Origin: Dictyostelium discoideum
Taxonomy: Eukaryota
Direction of reading: 5' to 3'
NCBI GenBank assembly: GCA_000004695.1
Contig: CM000151.3
Span: 6,848,001-6,912,000, forward strand
Length of the DNA stretch: 64,000 nt
A program made the position numbers and the translations under genes. Numbering within the stretch: position 1 is the stretch's first letter; the number at the start of each line of letters is the position of its first letter. Under the pieces are notes generated by a model, which saw only the letters and a list, made by a program, of their open reading frames with translations, ran no database searches and was not told the DNA's origin. Positions 52,901 through 64,000 of the stretch are shown one piece after another.

Positions 52901-54781
52901 AAACCATTATCATCTAATATGGTTGAATGGTTTGGTATAATTGTATACAAAGATTATTCAGATTATCAAGATATTATAAATTACTTATTTAATAAATATA
53001 AACACCAATTGGAACCATATATAATTTACTATAAATTAAAAATAAATAATAAATCAATAACTAATAATCAGTTACATTCAATTTTATGTAATAAATCATC
53101 ATCGAAATGGAAAGAAATTACATCGAATCTAATTGGTAAGGCCGCTGCTACAATTAAAGATAAAGAAACAATCGATTGGTTATCAGATATAGAAACAGGT
53201 GGTTGTAGTAATTTAAAAATAAGAGATGCTTTACATTCAAGATTAAATCATATGGAACTTGATTTTAGTTCATTGGAATTATTAGAGTATGCAAGAATCA
53301 AATTTAAACAAATCATTTCAATTTTCGATTTATGTGATGAGTTTTTCGAAATTCATATTTTACATACTCATGATGAAATTGAATCATTAATCAATCGTTT
53401 AAACCAATCAAACTTTAATGAAAATGAAGATTTATTTAAAAATTATATGATTCAAATAATTGAATTTGGTTCAAGACTTTCAGCTAAACACATAAGATCA
53501 ATCTTTAAATCATTGGAATATGGCGTTGACAAGTCATCATTGGGAAATGATAATTATAAAGAGTGGAAGTATTTAATAAACAAAGTTTTCAAATACGAGT
53601 ATAGAAGGTTTTTTGATAACCCCTCATACATCCATGAAGAATATTTTTTGGGCCAAATACTACGTGATCATAAAAACGAAGAATACAAAGAATACAATAT
53701 ACCAACTCGACAAGAATCTCAAATAATCAATCTTTCTAAAATTAAAGTCAATTTCAATCACTTTGCAAATGTAACTTCTTATTTATTTCAAGGATCCATC
53801 GAACTTTTAAATTTTGAAGGTGTTCAATTTATTCTTGATAATTTAAATGGTAAAGATTTAAAATTAAATGAAAAAGCATTTAAAGATCATTTTCATGATA
53901 GAATCTATTCATGCGAATATGTTTCTAAAGATTTATATGATACCATTCAATTTTTAATTGAAAAATTCGAAGATGGTCAATTATCACTATCAAATCTATC
54001 ATTGATATTAAATTACTTATTTTCCAAGTTAATTAGAGTCAATGATTTAACAATTGATCAAATCAACATATCTCATCAATTAATATCAAACTATATTGAA
54101 ATAGATAGTTCAAAATACAATTCATACTATTATTTAAAAATATTATCACCAATTATTGAATCATGTATTACCGTTATCGAAGGTCCTACAAGTGATGATG
54201 AAGATGGTAATGGAAAACCAAGACCATTCTGTCATTATGATATAGATACATCAGTATATACATTCGAACACATATTTACAAATAGAAATAATAACGATCA
54301 GAACCAATTTATCGATTCAACAATCATGGATATTGTAAAAGATAATTTTACAATTGAAATATTTTCCAAAATGTTAGATAATAATAATCCAAGAATTAAT
54401 TTATTTTTACATTATTTCGAAATGGAATTAAAAAAAAGAAAAACAAGTAATGATTTCGAAAATGTATTTTTAGAATTTGAACAATTGAAATTAATAATTA
54501 AAACATTTGATTTAGAATCATTTATTAAATTTGAATATTTATTACAACAATATCAATTCTACTTATCACCTGATATCGATGAATGGTCAGATATAAACAA
54601 AGAGTATGCAAATGATCAAGAGGATATAAATGATGGGTACGTCAAACCATTATCATCTAATTTGGTTGAATGGTTTGGTAAAATTTCATTCATATATTAT
54701 CCAGATTATCCAGATATTCTTAATTACTTATTTGATAAATATAAAAACCAATTCGAACCATATACTAATTATATAAATTAA
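49934..54781 (+). CDS. Large hypothetical protein, 1615 aa, single exon. It has a roughly 480-aa N-terminal region followed by two tandem copies, each about 560 aa, of a repeat unit.
   Basis: An uninterrupted ORF. Residues about 488-1050 and 1050-1615 are about 75% identical. Examples: HSILGNESSSKWKEITSNII...KDKETIDWLSDIETGGGCSILKIRDALNSKL vs HSILCNKSSSKWKEITSNLI...KDKETIDWLSDIETGGCSNLKIRDALHSRL. Both units end KPLSSN.VEWFG...DY.DI.NYLF.KYK.Q.EPY. I recognise no known domain. Confidence 0.8.
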   Translation: MNNEYNELLFWKVFKNNYLLNCILKNKCCYKSKKFKTITSIDSMLKHKQYQLLICKLKADENLYFKGKYGNDEIINRIEDIEVFKEIYSLLLFKGYQDTRDHRILFDSIWGIKSVDLFDFHLKYHPEELQTHITTSIYSILVYNHPKLIIKVLNFFKESINHNKPITLTKNERNYFIMEYLYYCRYGRNIEELKEKMKMIWNIPISSTSIFHNSEKRVPSANVGCFLKYQKLLPFGFNNIQTSFDCSKENPRSYSSIGDRRGDENNQRSVYSINHLNMFSSFCYDFDDSICEYIKDVKGNFECISSSIKSVLLYFKLYYCNYDYKSKSKSIPTSIQTQIDIIIENSKHRRCTVYQSIKQLFQLLAIESKSIVLYAFYLKEYNEPIDTIELSEEIQLLLIYYMIKTYNTNILKFLLKKHLKIKLTKLDLDYIGESYLKFLFKSKQINKNNIIMFYKNYTSQKSIIIEDLDEKPLDDAISTKELIDLDNKRLHSILGNESSSKWKEITSNIIDNDMIVTIKDKETIDWLSDIETGGGCSILKIRDALNSKLKQMKLDFSTLELLEYARIKFKQVIPILDLNKELCNIHILRTHDDIESLINRLNQSNFNNNENLFKYYMIQIIQFGSRNSMKYLRLICDSIDELLMDYEGWVILDDTLRRFYINSYLIEGEIWDNSVGYHENKKFKEYKIPTQQTCQIINLTKIKVNFNHFPNVTSYLLQTFIELLNFEGVQFILDNLNGKNLKLNEKAFKDRFHDRIYTCKYLYKDLIEMIQFLINKFKDGQLSLSNLSLILNFLFSMLIRVNDLTNDQIKTAYQSISNYIEIDSSELNSYYYLKTLSPIISSCIIIFRDNGGGDVRPLLEYHIDTSVYTFEHIFTNRNNNDLNQFIDSTIMDIVKDRFYSNLNKMLDNNNPRINLFLHYFEIQLKYKNENDFKGPFLNYKLLKLIIKTFDLESFIKLDSLLENHNGNCEQEGSNNRILSELEKFYFNWKKPLSSNMVEWFGIIVYKDYSDYQDIINYLFNKYKHQLEPYIIYYKLKINNKSITNNQLHSILCNKSSSKWKEITSNLIGKAAATIKDKETIDWLSDIETGGCSNLKIRDALHSRLNHMELDFSSLELLEYARIKFKQIISIFDLCDEFFEIHILHTHDEIESLINRLNQSNFNENEDLFKNYMIQIIEFGSRLSAKHIRSIFKSLEYGVDKSSLGNDNYKEWKYLINKVFKYEYRRFFDNPSYIHEEYFLGQILRDHKNEEYKEYNIPTRQESQIINLSKIKVNFNHFANVTSYLFQGSIELLNFEGVQFILDNLNGKDLKLNEKAFKDHFHDRIYSCEYVSKDLYDTIQFLIEKFEDGQLSLSNLSLILNYLFSKLIRVNDLTIDQINISHQLISNYIEIDSSKYNSYYYLKILSPIIESCITVIEGPTSDDEDGNGKPRPFCHYDIDTSVYTFEHIFTNRNNNDQNQFIDSTIMDIVKDNFTIEIFSKMLDNNNPRINLFLHYFEMELKKRKTSNDFENVFLEFEQLKLIIKTFDLESFIKFEYLLQQYQFYLSPDIDEWSDINKEYANDQEDINDGYVKPLSSNLVEWFGKISFIYYPDYPDILNYLFDKYKNQFEPYTNYIN

Positions 54782-54980
54782 AACTTTCAATTCAAAAATT
54801 CAATTACTGCTATTAGTTAAAATCTTTTCACATAAAATCAATATTGTTCTAAATTAACTTTCTAAAAAAATAAAATTATAAAAATAAAACAATATATTTA
54901 CACAAAAAAAAAAACCAAAAAAAAAAAAAAAAAATTATTACTCTTTGTTCCAATTACTTGTGGTAGTTGTTGTTTGATTT

Positions 54981-55014
<34 letters not shown>

Positions 55015-55065
55015 TGTTTTTTGGAACCAATAGACAGAGATAAAAGATCTCCTCAAAAAAATGGG

Positions 55066-55100
<35 letters not shown>

Positions 55101-55294
55101 CATTTCCTTATTTTTTACATTTATTTGAGAAATACAATTTTTTTTTGCTGGATGTTCATCACAAGGTGGCGAAAAAAAAAAAAAATAAAATAAAATAAAC
55201 AAAAAAAAAAAAAAATTCGAAAAATACAAAAAAATTTTTTTTTTTTTTTTTTTTTTATTTTCATCATCATTTTTTAAAACTCAACATACAAAAC

Positions 55295-55895
55295 ATGCAA
55301 TCAGTAGACCCACAAGTTGTCGGCGTAGGAAAACAATTCGTTGAGCATTATTATGGTATTTTTGACTCAAATCGTGCAGGTTTAACCCAAATCTATGTAG
55401 GTTTTTTTTTTTTTTTTTTTTTTAATTCCTATTTTTCTATTTTTATTTTTTCCCAAAATATTTACTAATTCTTTTATTTTATAAAACCCACCCAAACTAA
55501 AAATAAATAAAAATAATAAAAAATAAAAAAATAAAGCAACAACAAACAACTTTAACATGGGAAGGTAAATTTTTATCAGGTGCTGACGCAATTGTTAAGC
55601 ATATTGTTGAATTACCATTCCAACAAACCAATAGAAAAATCAATAGTATTGATTGTCAACAAACTTATCAACCAGGTATTATGATCACCGTCACTGGTAC
55701 TCTTATTGTAGGTTTTATTTATTTTCACAATATTTGTTATTAAAAGTAATAAATTATTAATACTATTATTATTATAAAATATAGATTGATGGTGAAGCTA
55801 AAAATCAATTAAAATTCGTTCAAGTCTTCAATCTTGCTTCAAATAATGGTTCATTCTTATTAATTAATGACTTTTTCCGTTTGGTTTTAGATTAA
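55295..55895 (+). CDS. Nuclear transport factor 2 (NTF2), 127 aa. Exons 55295..55396, 55537..55707, 55785..55895.
   Basis: MQSVDPQVVGVGKQFVEHYYGIFDSNRAGLTQIY|QQQTTLTWEGKFLSGADAIVKHIVELPFQQTNRKINSIDCQQTYQPGIMITVTGTLI|IDGEAKNQLKFVQVFNLASNNGSFLLINDFFRLVLD is collinear with NTF2 (F.QHYY..FD..R..L..IY...S.LTWEG....G...I...L..LPFQ........D.Q....), including the DMFRL-like C-terminus. Both introns start GTAGGT. Confidence 0.88.
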
Positions 55896-56330
55896 TCTAA
55901 ATAGGAATTTGTAAAAATATAATAAAAAAAAAAAAAAAAAAATATATATATAAAAAAAAAAAAACAAAACCAACTTATAAATTAGATAATAAAAAAAAAA
56001 AAAAAAAAAGAAATTATATGAATTTAAAAATTTTTTTTTTTTTTTTTTAACGGAATTATTGCTTTTTTATTCTTTAAAGGAATTTAATCAAAGTTTTTAT
56101 ATATAGAATTATAATTGTGGATCAGTTTTTCTTGTTTTTTTTTTTTTTTTTTCCCACAAAATTAAACAACAAATTTAATATAATCATTAATATAAATAAA
56201 ATAAAAACATGGAAAAAAAATGTAATAAAACATTGGAACCATATGAATTTTTGTATTTTTTATTCTTTTACATTTTTTTTATTTTTTATTTTGTATCATT
56301 TTCTTAATTTATGTTTTTTTATTCATTGTT

Positions 56331-57289
56331 TCAAAGGATACCAAAGTCGAATACTTTTGAATTATTATTATTATTATTACTATTATTATTATTGTTATAA
56401 TTATTATTATTATAATTATTTGTCATTGAAGTTGTTTGATTTAAATTAACATTGTAATTTGGTTTTGAGAAATGTGTTGTGTTTAAGCTTGATGATGAAG
56501 ATGGTTGAACAAATGAACCAAAATCATTATTATTACTGGTATTTGGTGAGCTGAAATCAAAGCTATAATCTCTTGATGAATTGGTATTATTGGCGAATCT
56601 ATTATTATTATTATTGTTGTTATTGTTGTTGTTGTTTAAAGGCTTTAAATTTCCAGTGGAGTTTTTATTTGATTGTGAAGGTGTTAATGTTACATTCCAA
56701 GAATTATCACTATTATTACTAACACCACCTGAAGAAGAGATTGATGCTGATGAAGATGTAGATATATTTAAGTTATTAAAAGATGATGTTAAATTATTAT
56801 AACTGCCGCTATTTGTACTACTATTAAATTGTTGTTGTTGTTGTTGTGGTGTTGAATTAAAACTTGATTGTCTTGATTGTGGCAAACTACCACTACTATT
56901 ATTCATTAGACGAGTTCCACTATTATTGATACTACTACCAACACTAACACTACTATTATTAGTGTTATTATTATTACTACTATTATTGAATGAAGAGGAT
57001 GAATGTGTTGATGAATTTAATGATACATTGGTGTTGGTAGTGTTTACTTCAAAATTTGTGGAACCATTAGTTGTTGGTGAAACAAAACCTTCAAATTCAA
57101 AATCATTATCAAAAAAGTTACCATTTCCACTATTTGATTTATTTTGATTATTCTTACCACTACTATTTGTATTATTTATTATTACATTTGAGTTTGAATT
57201 TGATGGCGATGGATGTTGAAGTGGTGTATTACCCCAAGATTCGAATTCATCAAATTTATTATTATTATTATTATAATTATTATTATTAC

Positions 57290-57382
<93 letters not shown>

Positions 57383-58829
57383 AATTATTACTATTGTTGT
57401 TGATATTATTTCTAGAAACTGAAGGTGAATTATTTGAGTTTGATGTTGAAGAAGTAGTATCATCACCTAAAATATCAAAGATATTTTTCTTTGCATTTGG
57501 TGGTGTTGAGTTTGGTGTATTTCCATAATTTTTACTATTATTATTATTATTGTTGTAATTGTTGTTATTGGTATTTGGAGAATTAAAATTTGGAGTTGAA
57601 TTTGAAGATGAACTAGTTCTAATTGGTCTATTAATACTGTTACTACTATTATTAACACTATTATTATTACTATTATTATTACTATTATTATTACTATTAT
57701 TATTACTATTATTATTATTTGAAGAAAAAGTTTGTAAACCTCTTCTTGAAGAACCTCTAATCTCATTTAAATAATTTAAAAGATCATTAATTGATGGACG
57801 TTGAGTTGGATCAGCAACCAAGATGAATTGAATTAATTTGTGGAAATTATTTGAATACTTTGAATTGTCAGGAATTTTATAGTTATTGTTAATGATTTGA
57901 AGTGAACCACCATCGAAAGGGTCTACATAGAAAGCCATTTTGAAGAGTAAACAACCTAATGCCCAAACGTCAACTTTCTCATCGATGATTTGGCCACGAT
58001 ACAAATCCACCATTTCAGGTGCCCTATAGAATAGTGTGGTAAACATATTGATATCGTCCTCTGCTTTACCTCTCTCAGTGGCGGTGTTGAATGTTTTGAT
58101 AGTGCTACTACCGAAATCACACAACTTGTATCGATTCGAATGCTCACAATATAAAACATTTTCAATCTTTAAATCTCTATGAGCTATGGGTGGTTGTTGT
58201 TGGTGCATTGCCAAAACACCATTACAAACATCGGAAAATATAGCTAAAATCTCTCTCTCCTCCAATCTTGTAAACTCTCCTCTTGCATTCATTATATCCA
58301 ATACACTACCACCACTACAATATTCCATTAACATTAAAACTTCAGTTTCTCTTGTATTTCTATTTTCATTAATTTTAAAACCTTCTAATTTTACAATATT
58401 TGGATTATTTCTTAATTTTTGCTATTTTAAAATTAAATAAGAAATGTTAGGTTTTATTTTATTTTATTTTATTTTATTTTTCTATTTTTTATTTTTTATT
58501 TTTATATATATATATATATTTACCATAACATCAATTTCATTTTTCATTGCTTCTAATCTTTCTCTTTCTTGAATGAACATTCTTTTTAAAGCATACATAT
58601 TATTATAGTCATCACGTACTAAATAAACGAAACCAAAGCCACCTTCTGCTACTAATTTAACTTCTGTTACTCTTCTACCATTGATATCATAGACTTGTCC
58701 AACACGTCCACCTGTAATGTTACCCCAAACATTACCAACATTATCTGTTATTGATTTACTTGAAATATTATTAATTGTATTTCCTGCAACTTCTAAAAAG
58801 TTGTTACTAAATTCTAAAAATCTATTCAT
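56331..58829 (-). CDS. NAK/Ark-Prk (AAK1/BMP2K-like) serine/threonine protein kinase, about 798 aa. Exons 58524..58829 and 56331..58421. The C-terminal ~500 aa is extreme N/S/T-rich low complexity.
   Basis: VAEGGFGFVYLV, YALKRM, EI.VM|QKL..NPNIVKL, MEYCSGGSVLDIM, PPIAHRDLKIENVL (NAK-family catalytic loop), CDFGS, DVWALGCLLFKMAF. Intron is GTAAAT...AAAATAG, phase 0. Confidence 0.88.
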
Positions 58830-59335
58830 TTTTTTTTTTTTTTTATATTTTTTTTTTTTAATTGCTTCTCTTTATTAAAAATAGAAAATTATTTAAAAAT
58901 TAAAAATAAAAATAAAAAAAATATATATTTAGAAAAAAAAAAAAACACACACAAACAAACAACACAAAAACAAGTACTATGTTTTTTGTTTTTGTTTTTT
59001 TTTTTTTTTTTTTTTCAAAAAAGTTTTTTCCTTTTTTTTTTTATTTTTTTAATTTTTTTTTTTTTTTTTTATTTTTCACCAACTGATATCATATGCATCT
59101 GTGGCAGGAAAAAAAAAAAAAAAAAAAAAAAAAAATGGAAAATATCTAATCAACGACTTTGAAAATTAAGACACTTTTTATTTTATTTTTATTTTTTTTT
59201 TTTATAAAATTTATTTATTTAAATAAATAAACAATATTTTGAATTTATAATTTCATTCCTCGATCACTTTTATTTTTATTTTTATTATTAATTTTTTTAT
59301 TTTTTATTTTTTATTTTTTATTTTTATTTTTTTCA

Positions 59336-59371
<36 letters not shown>

Positions 59372-59429
59372 TTTCATTTTGGCAAATTAAAAAATTGTGA
59401 AGAAACAAGAATAAAAAAAGTAAAAAGAT

Positions 59430-60248
59430 ATGACAAATTTCAAAAATAGTGGAGAATCGAATACATATAGCAGAAAATGGACATTAGATATATCTGAATC
59501 CTCTTCATCATCATCTTCATCATCACAACAACATTTAAAAGATAAAAATAATTTACCATTACCATTAACAAGTGGGGGATCAGAATCACCAATATCCACA
59601 TCATCACAACCACAAGTTTCATCACAGCCACAACAATTATCAACAAAACAACAAATGGAATTAAAAGCTAAAAAAGGTTGGGAATTAGCAAAATCACCAG
59701 CTAAAAATATATTTATGACAGGTTTCTTTTTATGGATGATTGGTAATGGTATTAATATTTTCACAATGCCTGTTATTATATATGCTGTAATTAATCCTGT
59801 TAAAGCAATTTTTCAAACAAATACAAGTAACTATATTTTTTTCATTTTCATTTTCATTTTTAATATATATATTTAATACTAATTTACCAAAAAAAAAAAA
59901 AAAAAAAAAAAGTGTTTTCAAGATTTAATGATTGTAAAGGTGATATAATTCAAATGAAATTAACATTTGTAGTAATTCAATTAGCTTTATTAAGTGTAAC
60001 ACTTTATAAATGTAGTAGTATGGGTCTATTACCCATTACACCTTCAGATTGGATTTCATCTTTACCAATTAAAAAGGTAATATTTTCATTTATTATTCAC
60101 AACAATATAAATATTTAAATAACACTATTTACTAATAATATCAACAATAATAATAATAATCATTTTTTATTTTTTATTTTTTATTTTTTATTTTTTTTTT
60201 TAATTATAATTATAGGCAATTGAATATTCAAGTGGATCAAGTTTATAA
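59430..60248 (+). CDS. ER membrane protein complex subunit 4 (EMC4/TMEM85) homolog. Exons 59430..59826, 59913..60076, 60216..60248.
   Basis: KNIFMTGFFLWMIGNGINIFTMPVIIYAVINPVKAIFQT ... LYKCSSMGLLPITPSDWISS ... |AIEYSSGSSL parallels EMC4 (PMNLFIMYMAGNTISIFP.MMVCMMAWRPIQAL ... [20 protein letters not shown] ... MEFSGGG). Exon 2 begins at the AG after an A-tract, so the exact acceptor is provisional. Confidence 0.75.
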
Positions 60249-60593
60249 ATATTTAAAATAATAATAATTCTTTATTTTTTATTTTTTATTTTTTTTTTTT
60301 ATTATTTTTATTTTTTTTTTTTCTTACACATTTAAAAAACAAACAAAATAATTATAATTATAAATAAAAAAAAAAAAAAAAACAGAAAAAAAAAAAAAAC
60401 ACTTTGTATAAAAATCTTTGTCGTTCGTTTATTAATTTTTTTTTTTTTATTTTTTTTTTTTTATTTTTTATTTTTTTCATTTTTTAATTGTTTTCACCCG
60501 ATTTGAGTTTTTTTGAAAAAAAAAAAAAATTCATTCTTGTTTTATTTTTTTTTTTAATTAAAAGAAAAAAAAGAAAAAGAAAAAAAAAAAAAA

Positions 60594-61048
60594 ATGCTTT
60601 CTTTCAAAACAACAGCAACTAAATTTAATATATACTCAAAATTTTTAAAAACACCAAACAATTTATATAAATCACAATTTATAATTGGAAATAATTTTAA
60701 AAGAACTTTTTCAACTGAACCACAAAAACCAATTGACAATGATTTAAATAATCAAAAAAATAATAATCAACATAATTATAATAATAATAATAATAATAAT
60801 AACAACAGTAATAAAGATAATAGTAATAGTAATAATAATAATAATAATAATAAAAAAAATAAGTTAGTACCAGCTTTAATATTTACAGGAGTAACTGTAG
60901 CTGCTATATATGTCACTCTTGATGCACTTGGATATAACAAGGTAAGTTTATTTTTTTTTTACTTTCTTTTTTCTTTTTTTCTTTTCTTTTTCTTTTCCTT
61001 TTCTTTTCTAATTAATTTTACACACTTTATATTCTTTTCTTTTTCTAT

Positions 61049-61079
<31 letters not shown>

Positions 61080-62052
61080 TAGTGAAATATATTATTATAA
61101 TAATAATAAAAATAAAAATGAAATTATAATTTGTAAAATAATAACAAGTTTTTTAATAATTTTAATAATAATTTATTTTATAAATCGATATTTTATAAAG
61201 GTTGATTTATTTAAGAGAATACCATTTCGTGTTACATCAAATTTATGGGGTAAACTAGCATCAATTGAAATACCAAAATCAATGAGATCACCAATTTATA
61301 AGAGTTATGCAAAACTTTTTGGTGTTATAATCGATGAAGCAGAGAAACCAATCGAAGAATACCCAACAATGGGTGATTTCTTTGCAAGAAGATTAAAACC
61401 AACAGCAAGACCAATTGATGAGAAAGCCGATATGGTGTCACCAGTGGATGGCACTGTAATTTATCATGGTAAGGTTGATATCAATAATACACTGGAACAA
61501 GTTAAAGGTTTAACCTACACATTGGATCAATTCTTAGGTCCTGATGAAATTGCAAAATTAAAAGGAAAGAATCTCTATCACATTGGTTTATATTTATCAC
61601 CTGGCGATTACCATGGTATTCATTCACCAATCGATTGGAAAATTGAAAATCGTTATCATTTCCCTGGTTACCTATTCCCTGTCGCTAAAGTTGCCGTAGA
61701 TAATATTCCTGGATTATTCGCAATGAATGAACGTGTTGTACTCACTGGTAATTGGAAGTATGGCTTCTATTCATTAACACCAGTTGGCGCTTCAAATGTT
61801 GGTACCATCGTTATGGATTTCGATAAAGAACTCTCAACAAATGATCAATCTCATAAATATCATAAAAATGAATTCTTTAAAAAACAATACCCTTCATCAA
61901 TCAACTCTTCAAAAGGTAGTGAATTAGCTTTCTTTAGAATGGGTTCAACTGTTATCATGATTTTTGAAGTACCACAAAATAAAAAATTCGATTTCAATAT
62001 TAATCCTGGTCAACATGTTAAATTAGGTCAATCAATGGGTAAATTGAATTAA
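60594..62052 (+). CDS. Phosphatidylserine decarboxylase proenzyme (PSD), 399 aa. Exons 60594..60941 and 61201..62052.
   Basis: The N-terminus has a presequence-like start plus a TM segment (LVPALIFTGVTVAAIYVTL). The body reads KSYAKLFGVIIDEAEKPIEEY.T.GDFFARRLKP.ARPID....VSP.DG.V...G.V......QVKG.TY.L..FLG...........LY...YLSPGDYH..HSP.DW.......FPG.LF.V........LF..NERVVL.G.W..GF.S...VGA.NVG.I. The autocatalytic LGST-type site appears as FRMGSTV. Intron is GTAAGT...ATAAAG, phase 0. Confidence 0.9.
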
Positions 62053-62189
62053 ATTTATAAAAAAATAAATAAATAAATAAATTAATAAATACAATTCTTT
62101 AATATAAACTATATTTGTTTATTTGTAAAAATTTTTTATTTTTTTTTATAAAATTAATATTTTTATTTGATTTTATTTTTTTAAAAAAT

Positions 62190-64000
62190 TTAAAATAAAT
62201 AATTTGAAACTAAAATATTATCATAACCAATAAACATTATTTCAGGTAATCCATATTGAATTACTAATGTAGTTGATCCAAAAGGTAATGAGTTTGGTAA
62301 GAATTTATAATAAGTGAAACATTTATCATTGTCATTTTGAGTGCGTATTCCTTGTTTAGCACATGAAGTTGAATCAGTTTTTTTACAAGTATCTCTATAC
62401 AATTGACAACCAACTATTTTAACACCAAAATTATTATCACTATCCCAATAACCTAAATATTGTTTTGATGGACATTGAATTATACCATTAATTGAAGTTG
62501 GAATTAAAACAGATGAATATGAAAATGGATATAATAATTCACCAGTAATTAAATTTTTAAATTCTAAAACACCATCAGAACGTAATCCAAAATTTAAAAC
62601 ATCTGAATATAAGAGTTTACTTGAATTTAATGTACTCTTGAGACCACCATTTAAAAAATTATTTGATCCACTAATTATTGTAGGTTGAGAATTAAAATGA
62701 CCATATATAATCTTTAATCCTTTATTTTGAATTACCCAGCCCCAATTATCCATATCATTTTGATTTAAAATTGGTAAATGAATGAATCTACTACCTTTAA
62801 TTGGTGCTCGAGTTATCCATATTGGAACATCTACCCAATTTGATTGACCTTCTAAAAAATATTGTGTAGTAACAAGTGCACTATCATTTTTAATCTTTAA
62901 CGTTAATGGAAAACCATATTTTTGAAACATTGTATTTACACTTGTTTGTGAACTCCAAACTAATTTTCTACTATTAATAGTTGGATTACCAATATAATAA
63001 GATAAACCTGTGTTATAATCTAAAGTTAAATAATCTCTATATAAAATTATTAAACAAAACAGAGTTAGAATTTAATTAATTGAATTAAACTTTTTATAAT
63101 GAAAATTTATATATTACCTTCCATTTGTAATAAATTCTAAACCTCCAGTAATTCTATTATTCGAATCTAATTTTTCATCAATAAAACTACCAGGAATTAA
63201 ATTATAATTTGCATCTGGATAAATTGATTCACCCCATTTTCCCCATACCATTTTTCCTTGTTCTGATTGTATAATTAATCCCCATTCTTTTTTTTATAAT
63301 TAATATTTATTTTTTATAATTAAAAAAAAATTATTATTTTTTTACTTACTCTTTCCATAAGATCCATATGGCAATATATTAAAATAACGACCTTTTAATC
63401 CTTGTGTCATTGAACACCAATTTGCATTTGGATTATTTTCATGAATATAGGTACATAAATTACCATCTATTTGCATTTTTAAAACTGCAGAAGGTGAACA
63501 ACCAATTGGTGAACTTTCAACATTTTTCCAAACAACTGAATTACCCTCAGAAATGGTTAAAGTGCAATCAGTATTAAACTTTACTATTAAACCTGGTAAC
63601 TCTCTTTCCCAACCTCTGTAAACACCAGATTGAGAATTTACGTCATTACTGTCAAGGAAATAATTCACATTTGACAATGACATTGTTAATGGAATTTTAT
63701 TTTGATTATAAACTGGTGCTGTTTTTTTTATAAATTTAAAAAAGTAAAAATAAAATAAAAATAAACAAATATTAATAAATCAATATTACATAAAAAAAAA
63801 ATAAAAAATTAATTAGATTATATTTACAAAATTCTTTAAAAGTTAAATCAATAAAAAACTTTTGATTTTCATCACCATCACAATTATTGGTGAAAAAAGG
63901 TGATTCCCCAATTTTAAAAGAACTTTGTAAACACGATTGAGATTTTATAGATTTAATTAAGAATGCACCATCAATGTAACGAGCAGAAAAGAATGAATTT
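62190..64000 (-). CDS. Bulb-type (GNA-like, B-lectin) mannose-binding lectin domain protein, partial (the N-terminus lies beyond the window end). Exons in window: 63828..64000+, 63350..63718, 63118..63286, 62190..63036.
   Basis: It carries the B-lectin motif QIDGNLCTY (Q.D.N.V.Y) and related LEFKNLITGELLY / KLVWSSQT repeats. Four exons are joined by GTAAAT, GTAAGT and GTAATA donors with consistent phases. The product ends ...IQYGLPEIMFIGYDNILVSNYLF. Confidence 0.72.

Noticed and set aside
56117-57774. ORFs 56117..56449(+), 56581..56802(+), 56926..57147(+), 57071..57304(+), 57182..57466(-), 57213..57422(+), 57467..57766(-) and 57559..57774(+).
   Set aside because: All are alternative-frame or antisense readings of the poly-N/S (ATT/AAT)n tail of the NAK kinase exon.
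59387-59921. ORFs 59387..59764(-), 59440..59646(-) and 59730..59921(-), opposite EMC4.
   Set aside because: They are antisense to the EMC4 first exon and its intron. They have no motifs and Cys/Asp-rich nonsense composition.

Overview
The window is AT-rich (about 75-80% A+T) eukaryotic nuclear DNA that looks like Dictyostelium discoideum. The signs are long poly-A/T tracts between genes, in-frame (AAT)n and (CAA)n runs encoding poly-N and poly-Q, and short AT-rich introns with GTAAGT/GTATGT donors and (T)nAG acceptors. There are no prokaryotic features: no CRISPR array, no operons, no Shine-Dalgarno structure.

Reading both strands and splicing by hand, I can support about 25 protein-coding genes:
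- a PAK kinase (partial, runs off the 5' edge of the window)
- a ZFPL1 homolog
- a Trm8/METTL1 tRNA m7G methyltransferase
- eIF6
- a small 4-TM protein
- a RapGAP-domain protein
- a hotdog-fold thioesterase
- an AIG1/GIMAP-like GTPase
- a coiled-coil protein with two ubiquitin/RA-like folds
- a Rab8-like GTPase
- HIRA
- a TM/low-complexity protein
- pyruvate dehydrogenase E1 beta
- ribosomal protein S18
- a His-rich protein
- a 1615-aa protein with no domain I can name, carrying a recent internal tandem duplication
- NTF2
- a NAK/AAK1-family kinase
- EMC4
- phosphatidylserine decarboxylase
- a bulb-type lectin-domain protein (partial, runs off the 3' edge of the window)

Non-coding and mobile features: one tRNA-Lys(UUU) with a downstream ex-B box, and a 5'-truncated TRE5-type non-LTR retroelement starting about 48 bp upstream of it, with further nested repeat fragments. 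There is also a truncated pseudogene copy and duplicated promoter fragments of the 1615-aa gene, a perfect 38-bp inverted repeat, a GC-richer non-coding island that may hold ncRNA, two paralogous micro-genes, and many microsatellites.

The supplied ORF track appears to use alternative start codons, and many of its listed ORFs are translations of homopolymer or antisense low-complexity sequence. All family assignments come from motif recognition by eye. No database search was run.
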